Shown piece after piece: positions 50,968 to 62,990 of a stretch of 64,000 nt of DNA. Within the stretch, counting starts at the first letter, position 1. The number at the start of each line of letters is the position of its first letter. The notes below the pieces were generated by a model. It searched no databases, was not told the origin of the DNA, and saw nothing but the letters and a program-made list of their open reading frames with translations. Source of the stretch: Chiloscyllium plagiosum (taxonomy: Eukaryota). Location of the stretch: the NCBI RefSeq assembly GCF_004010195.1, contig NC_057753.1:6137520-6201519 (forward strand), in the 5' to 3' direction. Made by a program: the position numbers and the translations under genes.

Positions 50968-52499
50968 TGCTGCAGCTTTGTAGCCTCCACTGTGCTTTCC
51001 AAAAAAAACTCCAACAAAATTCACTGGCTGTTCCTTTTTCCGACATCCTGCTTCCCATTGATTTTTTTAAACCCACCAACACTGCGATTTCATGTGGCCT
51101 ATTTTATTGCAGAAATAATACAAGAAATTTTAAATTCTTATTCTCCTTCCGGGGTTTCCTTTCTACTTTGTGATCAATTATCCACATTATCTTCACTGAG
51201 ACCCACTTTTTGCTATCACATGAAGATTTCTCTTTTCCCCAATTTCTATCCATCACGGATGCAAATTGATGTTAGAAGCCAACCTTTGATTCATGACCAA
51301 ATCATCATCGCCAATCATTTCAGCCGTTAATCTTGCCGTTTTAACTTTGTGCTCTTCCACATGATTTCTCACTACTTCCGGAATTGAATTGTTTAATTCT
51401 TCCAAAATAATCGCCTCTCTGAGAGAGTCATACTTTTGCTCTTTTGAATGCGCTTATCCACCTATCAAACTAAATTGTTTGATCAATTCAATCTGAATAG
51501 AAATTGACCGCTCTCAGTCCTTAGATTGCTGAACCATTGTCTGTACCTCCTCTAATAGTGATGGAAGTACCTCACGAGCTCTACCCACCAGGCATGTCTG
51601 AATCCACAAACACACATGATCATTTGACACTTTATTTGTTTCATTGTCTTCTCAAATGAGATGAAAGCGTTTTCTAAACGTTCTCATCAACCTTGGACAA
51701 TCTTTGAATGTGTTGAAGCCGATCACCACCGGGCGTTTTGCTCTGATGCTTTCCTCTACCCACCAGGCATGTCTGAATCCACAAACACACATGATCATTT
51801 GACACTTTATTTGTTTCATTGTCTTCTCAAATGAGATGAAAGCGTTTTCTAAACGTTCTCATCAACCTTGGACAATCTTTGAATGTGTTGAAACCGATCA
51901 CCACCGGGCGTTTTGCTCTGATGCTTTCCCTCACAAAGCCTCACTTCTATCTTCACCTCCATCCTTTTAAGCCGACCTTCCTCTCTGAGTACCAATTTAT
52001 GGAGTTCAAACTCTTTCTTTCTCCCTTTCGTTCTTCTTTCTCATTTTATTTTATTCCTTCTACCTCATTTTCTTTTTGTTCTGCTCAAACGATTCTATGC
52101 TTCTCTTTTTGTTCTGCTAGGGCCTTCCGTTCTTTTTGTTTTATCCTCCACTTTTAATTGTGATGCAAATTGTTTATTTTATATTACTATTGCCTTTCCT
52201 TTTGCGTCTAACTCAAGCTGCGTCATTTTCAATTGGATTTTTGACATTTCCAAAAATCCAATGGTGTTTCCAGAAAATTCAAATACCCAGCAATAACTTT
52301 CCTTTTCTCACAGCTGAAGGCAACTCCATCTCCAACTTATCTCCCAATTCTATCAGTTTTGTAAGAGTTTCTGACTGCTTGCAAAAACAAACGAATCCCA
52401 AACAAATCCTGAACTGGGGCGACTGACCACTTCCCCGCCATTGATTAGAGTAGCCATTTTCAGGCATATGAGCATCTCTGCCTTTGCGACACTTCTTGT

Positions 52500-55400
52500 A
52501 AAAAGACAAGGACAGAATAACCTTGTTAATAGGGGAGCAACGTCACAATTTGCATTATTTGTATGGAGAGATGCACCAAATGCATCCCTCAAATTCACTT
52601 CGCTTGAATTAGTTGTTGGGCGTGAGATGAAAAATGTCACTGAAATGAATGAAGGAGAAATTGGTAACTCACGTATTTGGATTTTGATTCGTGTTGTTTG
52701 GAAAGATTAAATAAAGCAGGAGTTGGCTTGGCAACATTTAAAAAAATGACAGGATGGGATGAAACAAAAAAAAGAAGTAAAAATTCGCAGTTGTGCTAAT
52801 GGAAATAAAGTGTTGGTAAGAATTCCACCAATACGTCAATCTTTAAAAACAAGGTTTACTTGCACTCTTTATTTCGAAAGCTGGTTAGAATAATAGTGGG
52901 TCGAAAATAATGTCTCGTTCCCTTCAGGAGAGGAAGTGCTCTTCTGAGCTTAAGGTGCAGCAAACTTTGGCAGCATAGGGAGCAGATGGGCGAGAGGCTT
53001 TTCCAAAATGGATGCATGTAACAATTTGCTATAAATGGATGCATGAGTTTTGGTTGTTGTTTTGACAACAGTTGGAATCAGTCCAATTGATTTAAGTCAA
53101 ACTCTCAGACCTTCAAAGACATTCGTATGTAAACTCTGATGGTGCAGGAACTGACTGAAAACCGTCCTCTGATACGAACTTCAGCTGTTATCCAGGATGT
53201 ATAAAAAAGAGTGTTTTTGAAAATCAGAGAAGAACAACTGCGACCGAAAGAAAACCAACAGCCCTGAACAGTTCTGAAAGAATTTTCAGATAGCACTCTC
53301 CATTTAACATACCTAGGAGTTTCATACAAAGATTCTAGAAATTTGAAAAGAAAATCCAAGCAGGAACAGGAGAATCAGATGAACTGAAAGAAGCCGCAGA
53401 TTTGGAAAATGGAAAAGAAGACAGAATAAGGGACTCATTAGACTTTGAGAGTCTGCCTTAATTTAACGTTTGTAAATTGCTTTATCTGAGAAGCATTTTA
53501 ATCGACTAAGGATGAGATAGTAATTGGTTAATAGAAAAGGGTTGGCTAACAATTCTTTTTAGAGTTAGGATTATGTTCTTTAAACAGTGGAAAGAAGGAG
53601 TTTTCTTTCAATCTCTAGCATCTTTAACAGATTAGAAGATAAGGCGGGCTTCTCCACACGTGTTAATCAGTGGACTGGGGGTTCGAACTCGGAACGAGAT
53701 GAGAGGAGTTGAATTATTTAATAAGAACATCAGATAGACAGAAAACGCACAGATGTGTCATGTGAATATGCTCATAAATTGTTTTGCCAAGTAAGGAAAG
53801 TGAAAGGTGAATATAATGTTTGTTGCAAAATGGAAGAACCATATTTGGATAATTCTAAATTGGACAGTTCTCAAATTGAATTGGGCAATGAGGAAGTTCT
53901 CAAAATTAAGAAATTACTGACTCATCTTCCAAAGGAAAAGCGAAACGACCTGAACGAGTGTTTGCAATCAGATGGACAGATATATAGGAATAAGCGTGTA
54001 ATAAATAATCTAATTATTCATGATGTTGATATGCGAAATATAGTTCCACTTAAGCAACATTCTTATGAATTCAACCTTCAACATTTGACACAGGTTCGAA
54101 AAGAGATTGAATGAGTACTCAAAACCCCAACAATCGAACTGTGTTACAACACCCGGAGCTCACCCTTAACAACAATGCGAAAAAAATTAACATCCAATGA
54201 TTAGATATGGACTATTGCGGATTCAGTCTATCTCTAAGTCTATTTTAGATTCTGAGAGGCAGTGTCCTACAGTATGGAGACAGATCCATTGGCATAAAGA
54301 GGTCCATGCCAAACAAAAGGTCCTCCAACGCTTAGTCAATTTTCCTGCGCTTGCCCAGTATTCTTCTGAACATTCCTAACCATGTATATGTCCAAATGTC
54401 GTATTAATGTCATTAATGTTTCCACCTCAAACATTTTTGCTGGCAGCTAATTCCATATACGCGCTACCGTCTGTGTAAAAATGTCTTTTTTTTTCCTTTT
54501 CCCTCTAACCATAAACTGATGTCCTCTCGTCATTGATTCTCCAATCTTGGAGAAGACAAAGACTGTGTGCATTCAACCTCGCCAGACCTCTGATGATGAT
54601 ATAGACGTCAAAAAGGTTTCCTCCTCTCACTCCTTTTGCTCGAAAAATGAAGGCATAGCTTTATCCAACTTCTTCCTATAAGTCAGATATTCTGCACTCA
54701 TTCCAGTTTAAGAACATTTCCTCCTTTAGCAATTACTGCAAGTGTGGTCTCACCACCATCCTGTAGAATTGAAACATGACTTCGCAATATCTGCACGCGA
54801 TGCCCTGACTGATGAAGGCTAGTTTTCCAAAGCCTCCTTCATTGCCATGTCTACCTGTGACTCCACTTTCAGAGAACTCCGCACCTGAAGTCCAGGGTCC
54901 ATCTGCTACCATACATTCCGTATGTCCTTACCATTCAACACGAAATTCCTACCTAAATTTGACTTTCCAAAATGCAAGACCTCCTATTTATCTATACGAA
55001 ACTGCATTTGTCATTTCTTGGTCCACTTCCCCAGTTGATCAAGGCCCTGCTTAAATTACTGGCGAACTTACACACTGTTCACGATACCATCTATTTTGGT
55101 GCCAGCTGCAACCTTACTGATCATGCTTCGGATATTCTCATCGAAATCATTGAAGTAGATAACAAGCAGCAATGTGCCCAGCACCGACCCGTGAGACACC
55201 CCACCAATGGAAAGCCTCCAGTCTGACAAACATTCTTCATTATTACGCACTGCTTCCTACTAATAAACCAATTGTATATACAATTTGCCAACACCCTCGG
55301 ATGCCATGCAATCTTAGCTTCCGGAGCAGCATAACATGTGGAACCTTAGCAAAGGCCTTACTTAAATTCATATAGACTACATTTACTGTCCTTCCTTCAT

Positions 55401-56440
55401 CAAGCTTCCTTGTCACTTCATCGAAGAACTCTGACGAGTTTTTAAGGCATTATTACAGATATGAAAGACTGTATTGACAAGTTGGGACAAGTAAGTTATA
55501 TTTCTGATTGGGCTTACTCTGAGGATACTGGCAGAATGCTTTGTTTAAAAGAGAGAAAACAAATTGGCTTATTATTACACCAATGGACGACACCATTTGA
55601 ATGTATTGCCATTCAACATGAAAAATGAAACAGCTCAATTTCACTTATTATGAATTATAAATTTCTGTAGTGTATATCAATGACGTGGTGACTTTCAGTC
55701 AGACATGGAAGGAATACTTGCTACATCTTTGTAATTTTTGATTGACATCGGGACGGAGGCTTTGTGGCCAACTTGCGTCGAGAAAACTAATAAAAGCCCA
55801 AGCCACATTCAGGAGCCAAATCACCGGACCTGAACAGATGGTCTCAAAGGATGTGAAAACAGAGACTATGAAGCAGACAGCAGCACTACAATTCTTGGAA
55901 TTGGGTCATCTTATCGAAATTTCTACTTAACATTATCTCTGTGGTTTGTCCACTAACTGACTTATTTAAGAAGAACAGAAAATTTCAATGGACAATAGTC
56001 TGCCATTTGACAACCTGGAAGCTGTGTTATTCTTTAGCCCAGTGTTAGCCACTATTCATTATACTAGTCTATTCGAAGTGGCTTTCAATATGTGTGATGT
56101 GGGTGTCTGTACTGCACTCTTCTACGAATACAACAAGAAGGTAGAAAGACTCAATGGCTAATTTTTCAGAAAATTGGATACTCAAGAACAGAAGTATTCC
56201 AAGAGTGGGAAGGAAACCTTAAGATTTGTGATGGCGTTATGATATTTTAACGTTCATATCGAGAGTATTGCGTCTGAGACTATTGTATATACTGAATATA
56301 ACGCATTAAAGTAGTTTTTGGTGATGTTTAACGAAAACAAATTCAACGCTGCTTAAGGGAATGTATTGTTGAATGCATTCAATTTGAAAGTTACACAGGT
56401 GGCAAGTTGAAAAAATGTGATTGTTGACTTGTCGTCGCGA
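52500..56440 (+). mobile_element. Second decayed Gmr1-like Gypsy fragment (integrase C-terminus, linker, RT, RNase H) with nested insertions
   Basis: LFVWRDAPNASLKFTSLELVVGRE (integrase end); LIIHDVD..PLKQHSY..VRKEIE (pre-RT); VVYINDVVTFSQTWKEYL (RT, YIDD-like); FFRKLDTQEQKYS..KETL..TIVYTEYNAL (RNase H). A probable LTR insertion lies at ~52900-53690. Confidence 0.75.
54255..55450 (-). mobile_element. CR1-type LINE RT-to-3' fragment inserted in the Gypsy RT
   Basis: GGVSHGSVLGTLLLVIYFNDFD..ISKVAAGTKIDG. Confidence 0.85.
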
Positions 56441-56461
56441 CTTTTATGAAGAACTTTGATG

Positions 56462-56770
56462 AAAGTGGCACACTGGTTGGCACTATAGTCTCAATTCCAG
56501 CTTTGGGAAACAGCCTATCTGGAGTTTGCACATTCTCCTTGTGTCGACCATGGTTTTCTCCCGGTGAACTGATTTCCTCCCACACCTCAAAGATATTCAG
56601 GTGAAGTAGATCGAAAGTGTTAACTTGACCTATATTGCGCAGATTAGGTGGGGTGGCATTAGGGAATGCAAGTTTACAGGAAATAAGTGGGTCTGAATCA
56701 GATACTCTTCAGAATGTTGGTGCAGACTCGATGGGCTGAATGACCTGCCTCTACACTGTTGCGATTCTAT
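56462..56770 (+). mobile_element. Diverged HE1-type V-SINE
   Basis: ggagtttgcacattctccttgtgtc..tttcctcccacac and a gggctgaatgacctgcctctacactg end. Confidence 0.8.
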
Positions 56771-57442
56771 TATGTCAGTTGAAGACACCATCTGCCCTTA
56801 AGCTGTGGCATCGATTAGATTTTGCCAGACTTCATTCTCTTGTGTCATCACGAATTTGAGTTGCAGCAGTTAGAGATATTGGAACTACTTGTCTTGTGAA
56901 ATTAATCAAACTATTTATCTGTTGTATAGTACAATAGATAATGGCAAAGAAAAAAAATCTTCAACCATTCAACTGAACATTTAATTTTAAAGAAGGCAGC
57001 CACATTCCAATGTGTAGCAGAACAGCGATGAGGTCGACACTCTCTAATTTTGATCTAGTTGCTGAGTTGACATACTTGAGTGGGAAAGAAATACTAAAAT
57101 GACAGACGAGACGAACGGTCTTGAGTGAGGAGATAATTGTTGAAGGAATGTGTATTGGATTTTCCTTTTATTGATACTTGATCAATATGAGTAGAATTGT
57201 TTATTTACTGAAAATTTCAAATTCAATCTCGGATGTGAATATATGTTATCACAATACTGTCTGCACCCAATGTCGTAATCTGTTTGCTCATTTTATTTTT
57301 GGAGAACAGAATCGAACGATGTTGTTAAATCATCATTCCCGTGGAGATTTCACAGGGCATATATTAGAGGCTGTTAGCAAGCATAGTTTACAACAGAGTG
57401 AGATTGCTTGCAGCGTGAAGTGTTAGCTAATTAGTACGAATA

Positions 57443-57509
57443 ATGATAGATACATTTTTCAATATTGATAAAATATACTATACAGTCCTTGCCATCATTG
57501 GTGTTCCTG
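57443..57509 (+). CDS. First coding exon of a second GPR139-like GPCR paralogue (MIDTFFNIDKIYYTVLAIIGVP + G)
   Basis: ATG, 22 codons plus 1 nt, then a consensus donor G|GTAAGT at 57510. The peptide YYxxLAIIGVP is the start of TM1, and its phase-1 end fits the TT AAC (V-N) start of exons like 10641. Confidence 0.85.
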
Positions 57510-60500
57510 GTAAGTGTTAACTATTGATGTTGTTTAAAAGTGTGTATCACACCGCAGCAGGTTGCCTGGCAGACACAGGCTCTCTGAAGTGTAAAATGAT
57601 TTCACTTGTCAAAACTTATGTGATTTTGGATCAGCTGTCAGAAGGAAGCGTTCATCAAAGTTCGTGTATGCTCTCACTGGATGTAGGTTATTGACCAGAG
57701 AGCCATTCTGGAATTTACTGATAAGTGGAAGTCTATGTAGAGTTTAATGGTACGGCTTAAGCTGGAGTGTAGGCCATTATAAACGTGGTGATATTCTGAA
57801 CTAAGCGACCATGTCAGCATGGTTTCATACTTGGTGGAGAAAGTTTACATACAATTATCTCAATAGCTATCCTGATTACTGAAGTAATCCTGATATATTG
57901 ATAGGAGAACCGGAACAGAAAAACAAATCTTAGTTTCCCATTAAAGGATCTGAAGTTGCCAGAAATTCGATGGTAAAGCTATCCCCGCGTTAGAGAGAAA
58001 GAACTAGCGATGGTTTAACGACAGCTGTAAGCCAGATACATTGTGTCAGACCTGTATCAATTTGGCCTGATGGTAGCATTCTGGTATTGACAAAGCCCAC
58101 TCGTGTTCTTATTACGTAGCAGCAATGTGAGACAACTAGTTTCATTACTTATTAAAATATTTTGAGATACCTTACAATTATAGTCAAATTTTGGACTGAT
58201 TGAACACGTTTGCGGGTCAAGAATAATTGTCTGAAATCTCACTGACATGTGATGACACATCGTATGATCATACAGGATGTTTTCGATGTACCATAACTCA
58301 GCATCACATTTGTTGAGTGGACATATGTCTCGAGCCTTAATTATAAGCTTGATGATAAGGTCAATCGTATACTGCATGACACAACTGCGTTGAAAGCTAC
58401 ATAAAATTACATTGGGAGTTTTAAGTATCCTAAAATGATTGAGCATTTGTGAAAATTTATTTTTAAAGATGCAACTATTCCATAGAAGCAAATGTGGTGA
58501 TCAATCCAAAGAGATGTTCTGCTGATCATTTATCTGACATATGAATTCTATGGCCTGTTCTTGACTATCCATGTTAGCTTATATCCTCACTTGTTCAGGT
58601 GAAGCAACGACTAAAATTATCTAGAATGTGTGAAGATTTACACTCCTAAACAGCTTACCTTTGAAAGTTCTTGAAGTAAGGCGCTCTTGTATGCACTGCT
58701 TGTGAATTATGTGCACTATTATGGACATGCTTTATTCCGAAGGGTAGAATACAAAAATACAACGTTTCCAAAACCAGAAAATTATTGACAGTTATTCTTT
58801 GTGTATTCACTTACACCAACATCTTTACCAATCAGTCCAGTTTAAAATTTTAACAATGCGTTATTTCACAGTCATTACTGACTGCTGAGTTCTCCATGAC
58901 AATGTCTCCACTATCAGTGTCGACTTGTAACACATCAGCCCTTTATTTCCATACATTCTACACGCTGTTTCTTTTTGAATTGATATTTCTTACGAAGTAT
59001 TCTGATGAGTGAAATGCGAAAAGTTTCTGAAAAGCATCTGCTTGCTTTCTCTTGGCAATGACTACGGAATGAGTGTCATTATACGCAAGAAAATCTAAGA
59101 CAAATTCATACATTTAGAAAGCTGCTACGCATTAATTCTTGCAAATGGATAGAGTTTCTGTCGCATTGATTATTACCTCAAGTTAACAGTGAGAATTTAT
59201 TGGTCAGGAGTTTTAACTTCTATTATGGCCATTATGCAGGGCGAATGTACGGCTGTGTATACTTCATTGCAGAATTCTGTGACTGGATTTTTAATTAAAT
59301 AGCAGCTTGTAACAATGTTTCACGGTTTTTTTTTGAATGGATGTTCCCGATCTCACTCTGTCCTCAGCAGTGTGAAGTATGCCCCAGGGACATAAAAACA
59401 CATATCACGAAAATTGTGTACAATAAATATAAGTATATAGAAAGCTGAAAATTAATTATTTGTAACACAAAAATCTGTATGAACATAGCAAATGATTAAA
59501 TTAGCAAAATTTCGCTAATGGCATCAATTCTTCTCAATTTTTAAACGAACATTAATTTATTCGAATCTGTTCAGTTATTTTATGGCATTCTTTATCTGAC
59601 TGAGTTTACTACAAAATCGGAGCTGCCTACAATTTGGAAATGAATACAATTTCTTGGCCCCGGTGGGTTCACTGAAAACTTTTTTTAAAAGACGCTGAGT
59701 TATCACTAAACCTTGCAGAAAAGCAATTTGCACGTTCCAGCAATCATTCGATAAATCATTTTGAAATTGCTACCACGTTTTATTGTCATTGTTCCTTTTA
59801 ATATGCAGAAAGGTCCATGCCAATTCTGCCACACGCCCCATTTGCTCTGGCGTCTGTGGTTCGAGTAAGGCTTGCTAAGAATGTAGAATTTTTTTACAAA
59901 TAATTGACACAACCACAGGATTTTGCAACAATCTTACTTAGCTAGTCTTCAATTTCTAATAACTTTTCTCATGCATGCATACATTTGAACACGTTTAGGC
60001 ATGCTTTTGAAGCACATGCTGCATATGTATTATTCATTTTGTAGTTCTAGCCTTTCATTTTTAATATCTGCTTCACTTAATTATTTTCCTATCAGTCATG
60101 TTATTTAACGAGTGAACAATCATTTCAACTTGTATTGCCTTCTGTGTTAAATAAAGTTCTCTGTATTTTAGTCATTAACTGATGTTCTGTTTTTTTTACA
60201 AATGAGCAGATTATCTTTCCTGATGTTTCCTGTCGATTTTCTGTTTGTGGTGACAATGCTGCCAATTCATTTTTTTCATTTTTGTTTGATAGGTAAATTG
60301 AAAAGGATCGCAAAAGTGCTCATGTCTTTATATTTCCTGTTTATCTGCTGTGTTCTGCCCCATACTCCTAACCACAAATCTACTTTTTGTCAGAATCTGA
60401 GTCCCAATACATTGCATTTTTGTTGCCCTGACCCTACTAAGATCGCCAGCTGTTCACAAATATCTTAACCAATACAAAGTGTTGGATTTTCTTTCACATT

Positions 60501-61389
60501 GCTTAACATGATGTATGACCATTCGCATTATATTTCCGATGTTGTTGCTTTAACTTCAGCCTCATGATTAGAACTATCATCACATCATCTTCTAAAACAT
60601 CGGCCACATCCAGGTCGAATCTGCACCAATCATGTATTCTTCTCTGCTGTCCAACTGCTTCATTGGCATTGGCATTGATGCCCATTCTTCAGTCACGATA
60701 AGCATCTGCAACACCCGTGCAAACTGTAAGACCTATCCTCAAAACGTACTCCATCTATTTTCCACGAGGTAAAATATGTCTCCTAATTGAAAAGGTATTT
60801 CCATGCATTTACTATTGGTTAGGAACTACAATCTGTCCTTATAAAAAAATACTCGGAGGTATGGGAAACGACAATGATCAGATTGGATGAACACTTTGCT
60901 GAATCACTCAGTTCAGATTGCAAGATTGACTTTGAGTGCCCCTCAATTGTCACATTATTTCTGCACAATTTAAACATTTTTCTCATTGTCTCCTAACCCT
61001 TCCAATAAAGAGTCATTATGATGATGATAATGTTATGATTTGTAAAAATGACCATCTCTTAACTGATTATAAACTTCAGTTTATAACGAGGACTTTAATG
61101 TTCCTGAACAGTCAGCTAATCGAAAATGGCGACACTGGAGTGACTTTGGATTGTGGACTGGTCCTTTTGATCCGTGACTCAGTGTTGCACCGGTTTCAGG
61201 TTTGCCCACACCTCGAATTCATCCCTGTTCCAACCTACTTTAACGGTTAAGAGAAGTATTCATCTCCTTTTCATTTCTGCTCATTCCTTTGTGGTATTCT
61301 GCTCTAGAGCGTTCCATTTCGATCAGATTTCGTGGACACAGAAAAGAAATGTCTCTTATCTTTCAGCTAATTCCAAGTAAGGAAGTAGA

Positions 61390-62055
61390 AATAGAGCCAT
61401 AGTGCTTTCCAACATGGAAATATGTCTTTCGGTTAAATTTGTTCATGCCGACCAGATACCCTAAATTAATCTCGTCCCATTTTCGGGGTGTGTGAGTGGT
61501 CAGTGGTTATACTGGATGTTTTCCCGAAGTTTTTGGTCCATACGCCTCTAAACCATTTCTATTCATGTAACCATCAGATGCCTTTTAAATGTTGTAATTG
61601 CACAAGCCTCCACTACTTCTTCTGGCAGCTCATTCTATACAAGCACCACCTTCTGCGTGCACCGCCACTTAGATTCTTTTTAGGTTTTACCACTCTCGCA
61701 TTACAACTATGCTCTCTAGTTTTGGACTCCCACAGTATGGGAAAAAGAACTTAGCTATTCATGTCATCTATGCCCCTCATGATTTTATAATCCTCTATGG
61801 TGTCACCCCTCAGCCTAAAACACTCCAAGGAAAATCGGCGCCGTCTATTCAGCCTCACCCGAGAGTTGAAACCCGCCAACCCTGGCAACATTATTGTAAA
61901 TGTTTTCTGAACCCTTTAAGTTTCAAAACATCCTCCCTATCGCAGGGCGACCAGAACTTAATGAACAATATAAAAGTGTTTTAACCCATGTTTTGTACAA
62001 CTGCAACATGCACTTTCAATTACTGTACTCAATCCACTGGCCAATAAAGGTAAGC
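61390..62055 (-). mobile_element. CR1-type LINE 3' fragment
   Basis: ctatgcccctcatgattttataa (reverse of YKIMRGID); homologous to 3700-4095. Confidence 0.85.
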
Positions 62056-62089
62056 ATACAAATTAGGTATGGTTTGGTGTGATTAAATT

Positions 62090-62990
62090 AATTACTCTTA
62101 AATATACTGAAATACAGTGAGATACAATGTGTGCTATTCTGGCTGATCATTCCATGTGTAGATATATTAGGTTAATAGAGTAAAAGAGAGAATATCTTGT
62201 TACAGCTAAAGAAAAGCTGTAGAGAGAGGTCAACTTTCATCTTTGAAAGTACGTTCAAAAGTCTGATACAGTGTAGAAGAAGCTGCATTTGAATCCGTGC
62301 GTATTTGTTTTCTAACTTTTGTAACTTCTTCCCGAAAGAAGAGGATTGAAGCAGATATAAGGGGTGTGTGAGTGGTCAGTGGTTATACTGGATGTTTTCC
62401 CGAAGCAGCCGTAAGTTTCAACTGAATCTGTGGTTAGAAGACTGATTTACATTATAGAATGAGCTGTGCTCAAAACTCGTTGTAATTTTCACGATTTTGC
62501 AAACAACAGTTGCCATACTAAGCTGTGATGCAGCTAGATAGAATGCTTTTTGTGGTGCGTCTATACAAACAAGGTAAGACTTATTGAGCACATGTTAATA
62601 TTCTTTTGGCTTCTGAGGAAATAGATGCATCTGTGTGTCTGATTTTCTTAATCGTAAAATCGACGTGAATGGACCAGAACAGATTGTTGTTGAACGTTAC
62701 TCATTGGAATCCCTGGACCATCTCGATATCAGCATCAATATTTCAGAAAGGGATGCGTCCTGGAGACGATTATTAGCTCCTTCATTGAAGGAGAGTTTGC
62801 TGTCCTCACACCATGTCACTAAGGAGTCTATCTCTTCCATTAACTCAATCTCAACATTGTTTGAGAGCCGACTTACGAAAATGGTGTTGTCAGCAAAATT
62901 GTAAGTAAAGTTAGAGTGCCAGTTGGCCACACAATTTTGAATGTATGTAGAACTGTACTAAGAGGATGATCATTGGGCGCCGGTGTTGAG
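62090..62990 (-). mobile_element. Rex1/Babar-like LINE RT-to-3' fragment
   Basis: YNFADNTIFVSRLSNNVEIELMEEIDSLVTWCEDSKLSFN. Confidence 0.75.

Larger units (their letters stand above)
48270..52470 (-). mobile_element. Decayed Gmr1-like Gypsy retrotransposon internal region (gag/SCAN, zinc knuckle, gap, integrase, RT start)
   Basis: Minus strand: YRQWFSNLR..DRWI..YDSLREAIILEELNNSIPEVVRNHVEEHK (~51545-51340); YFCNKIGHMKSQC (~51120-51078); integrase-like remnants (~50350-48940); then DGLSQFKVMP from RT (~48300-48271). Confidence 0.8.

Noticed and set aside
46702..51082. Long ORFs of 150-234 aa in the track
   Set aside because: They are artefacts of reading through N gaps.
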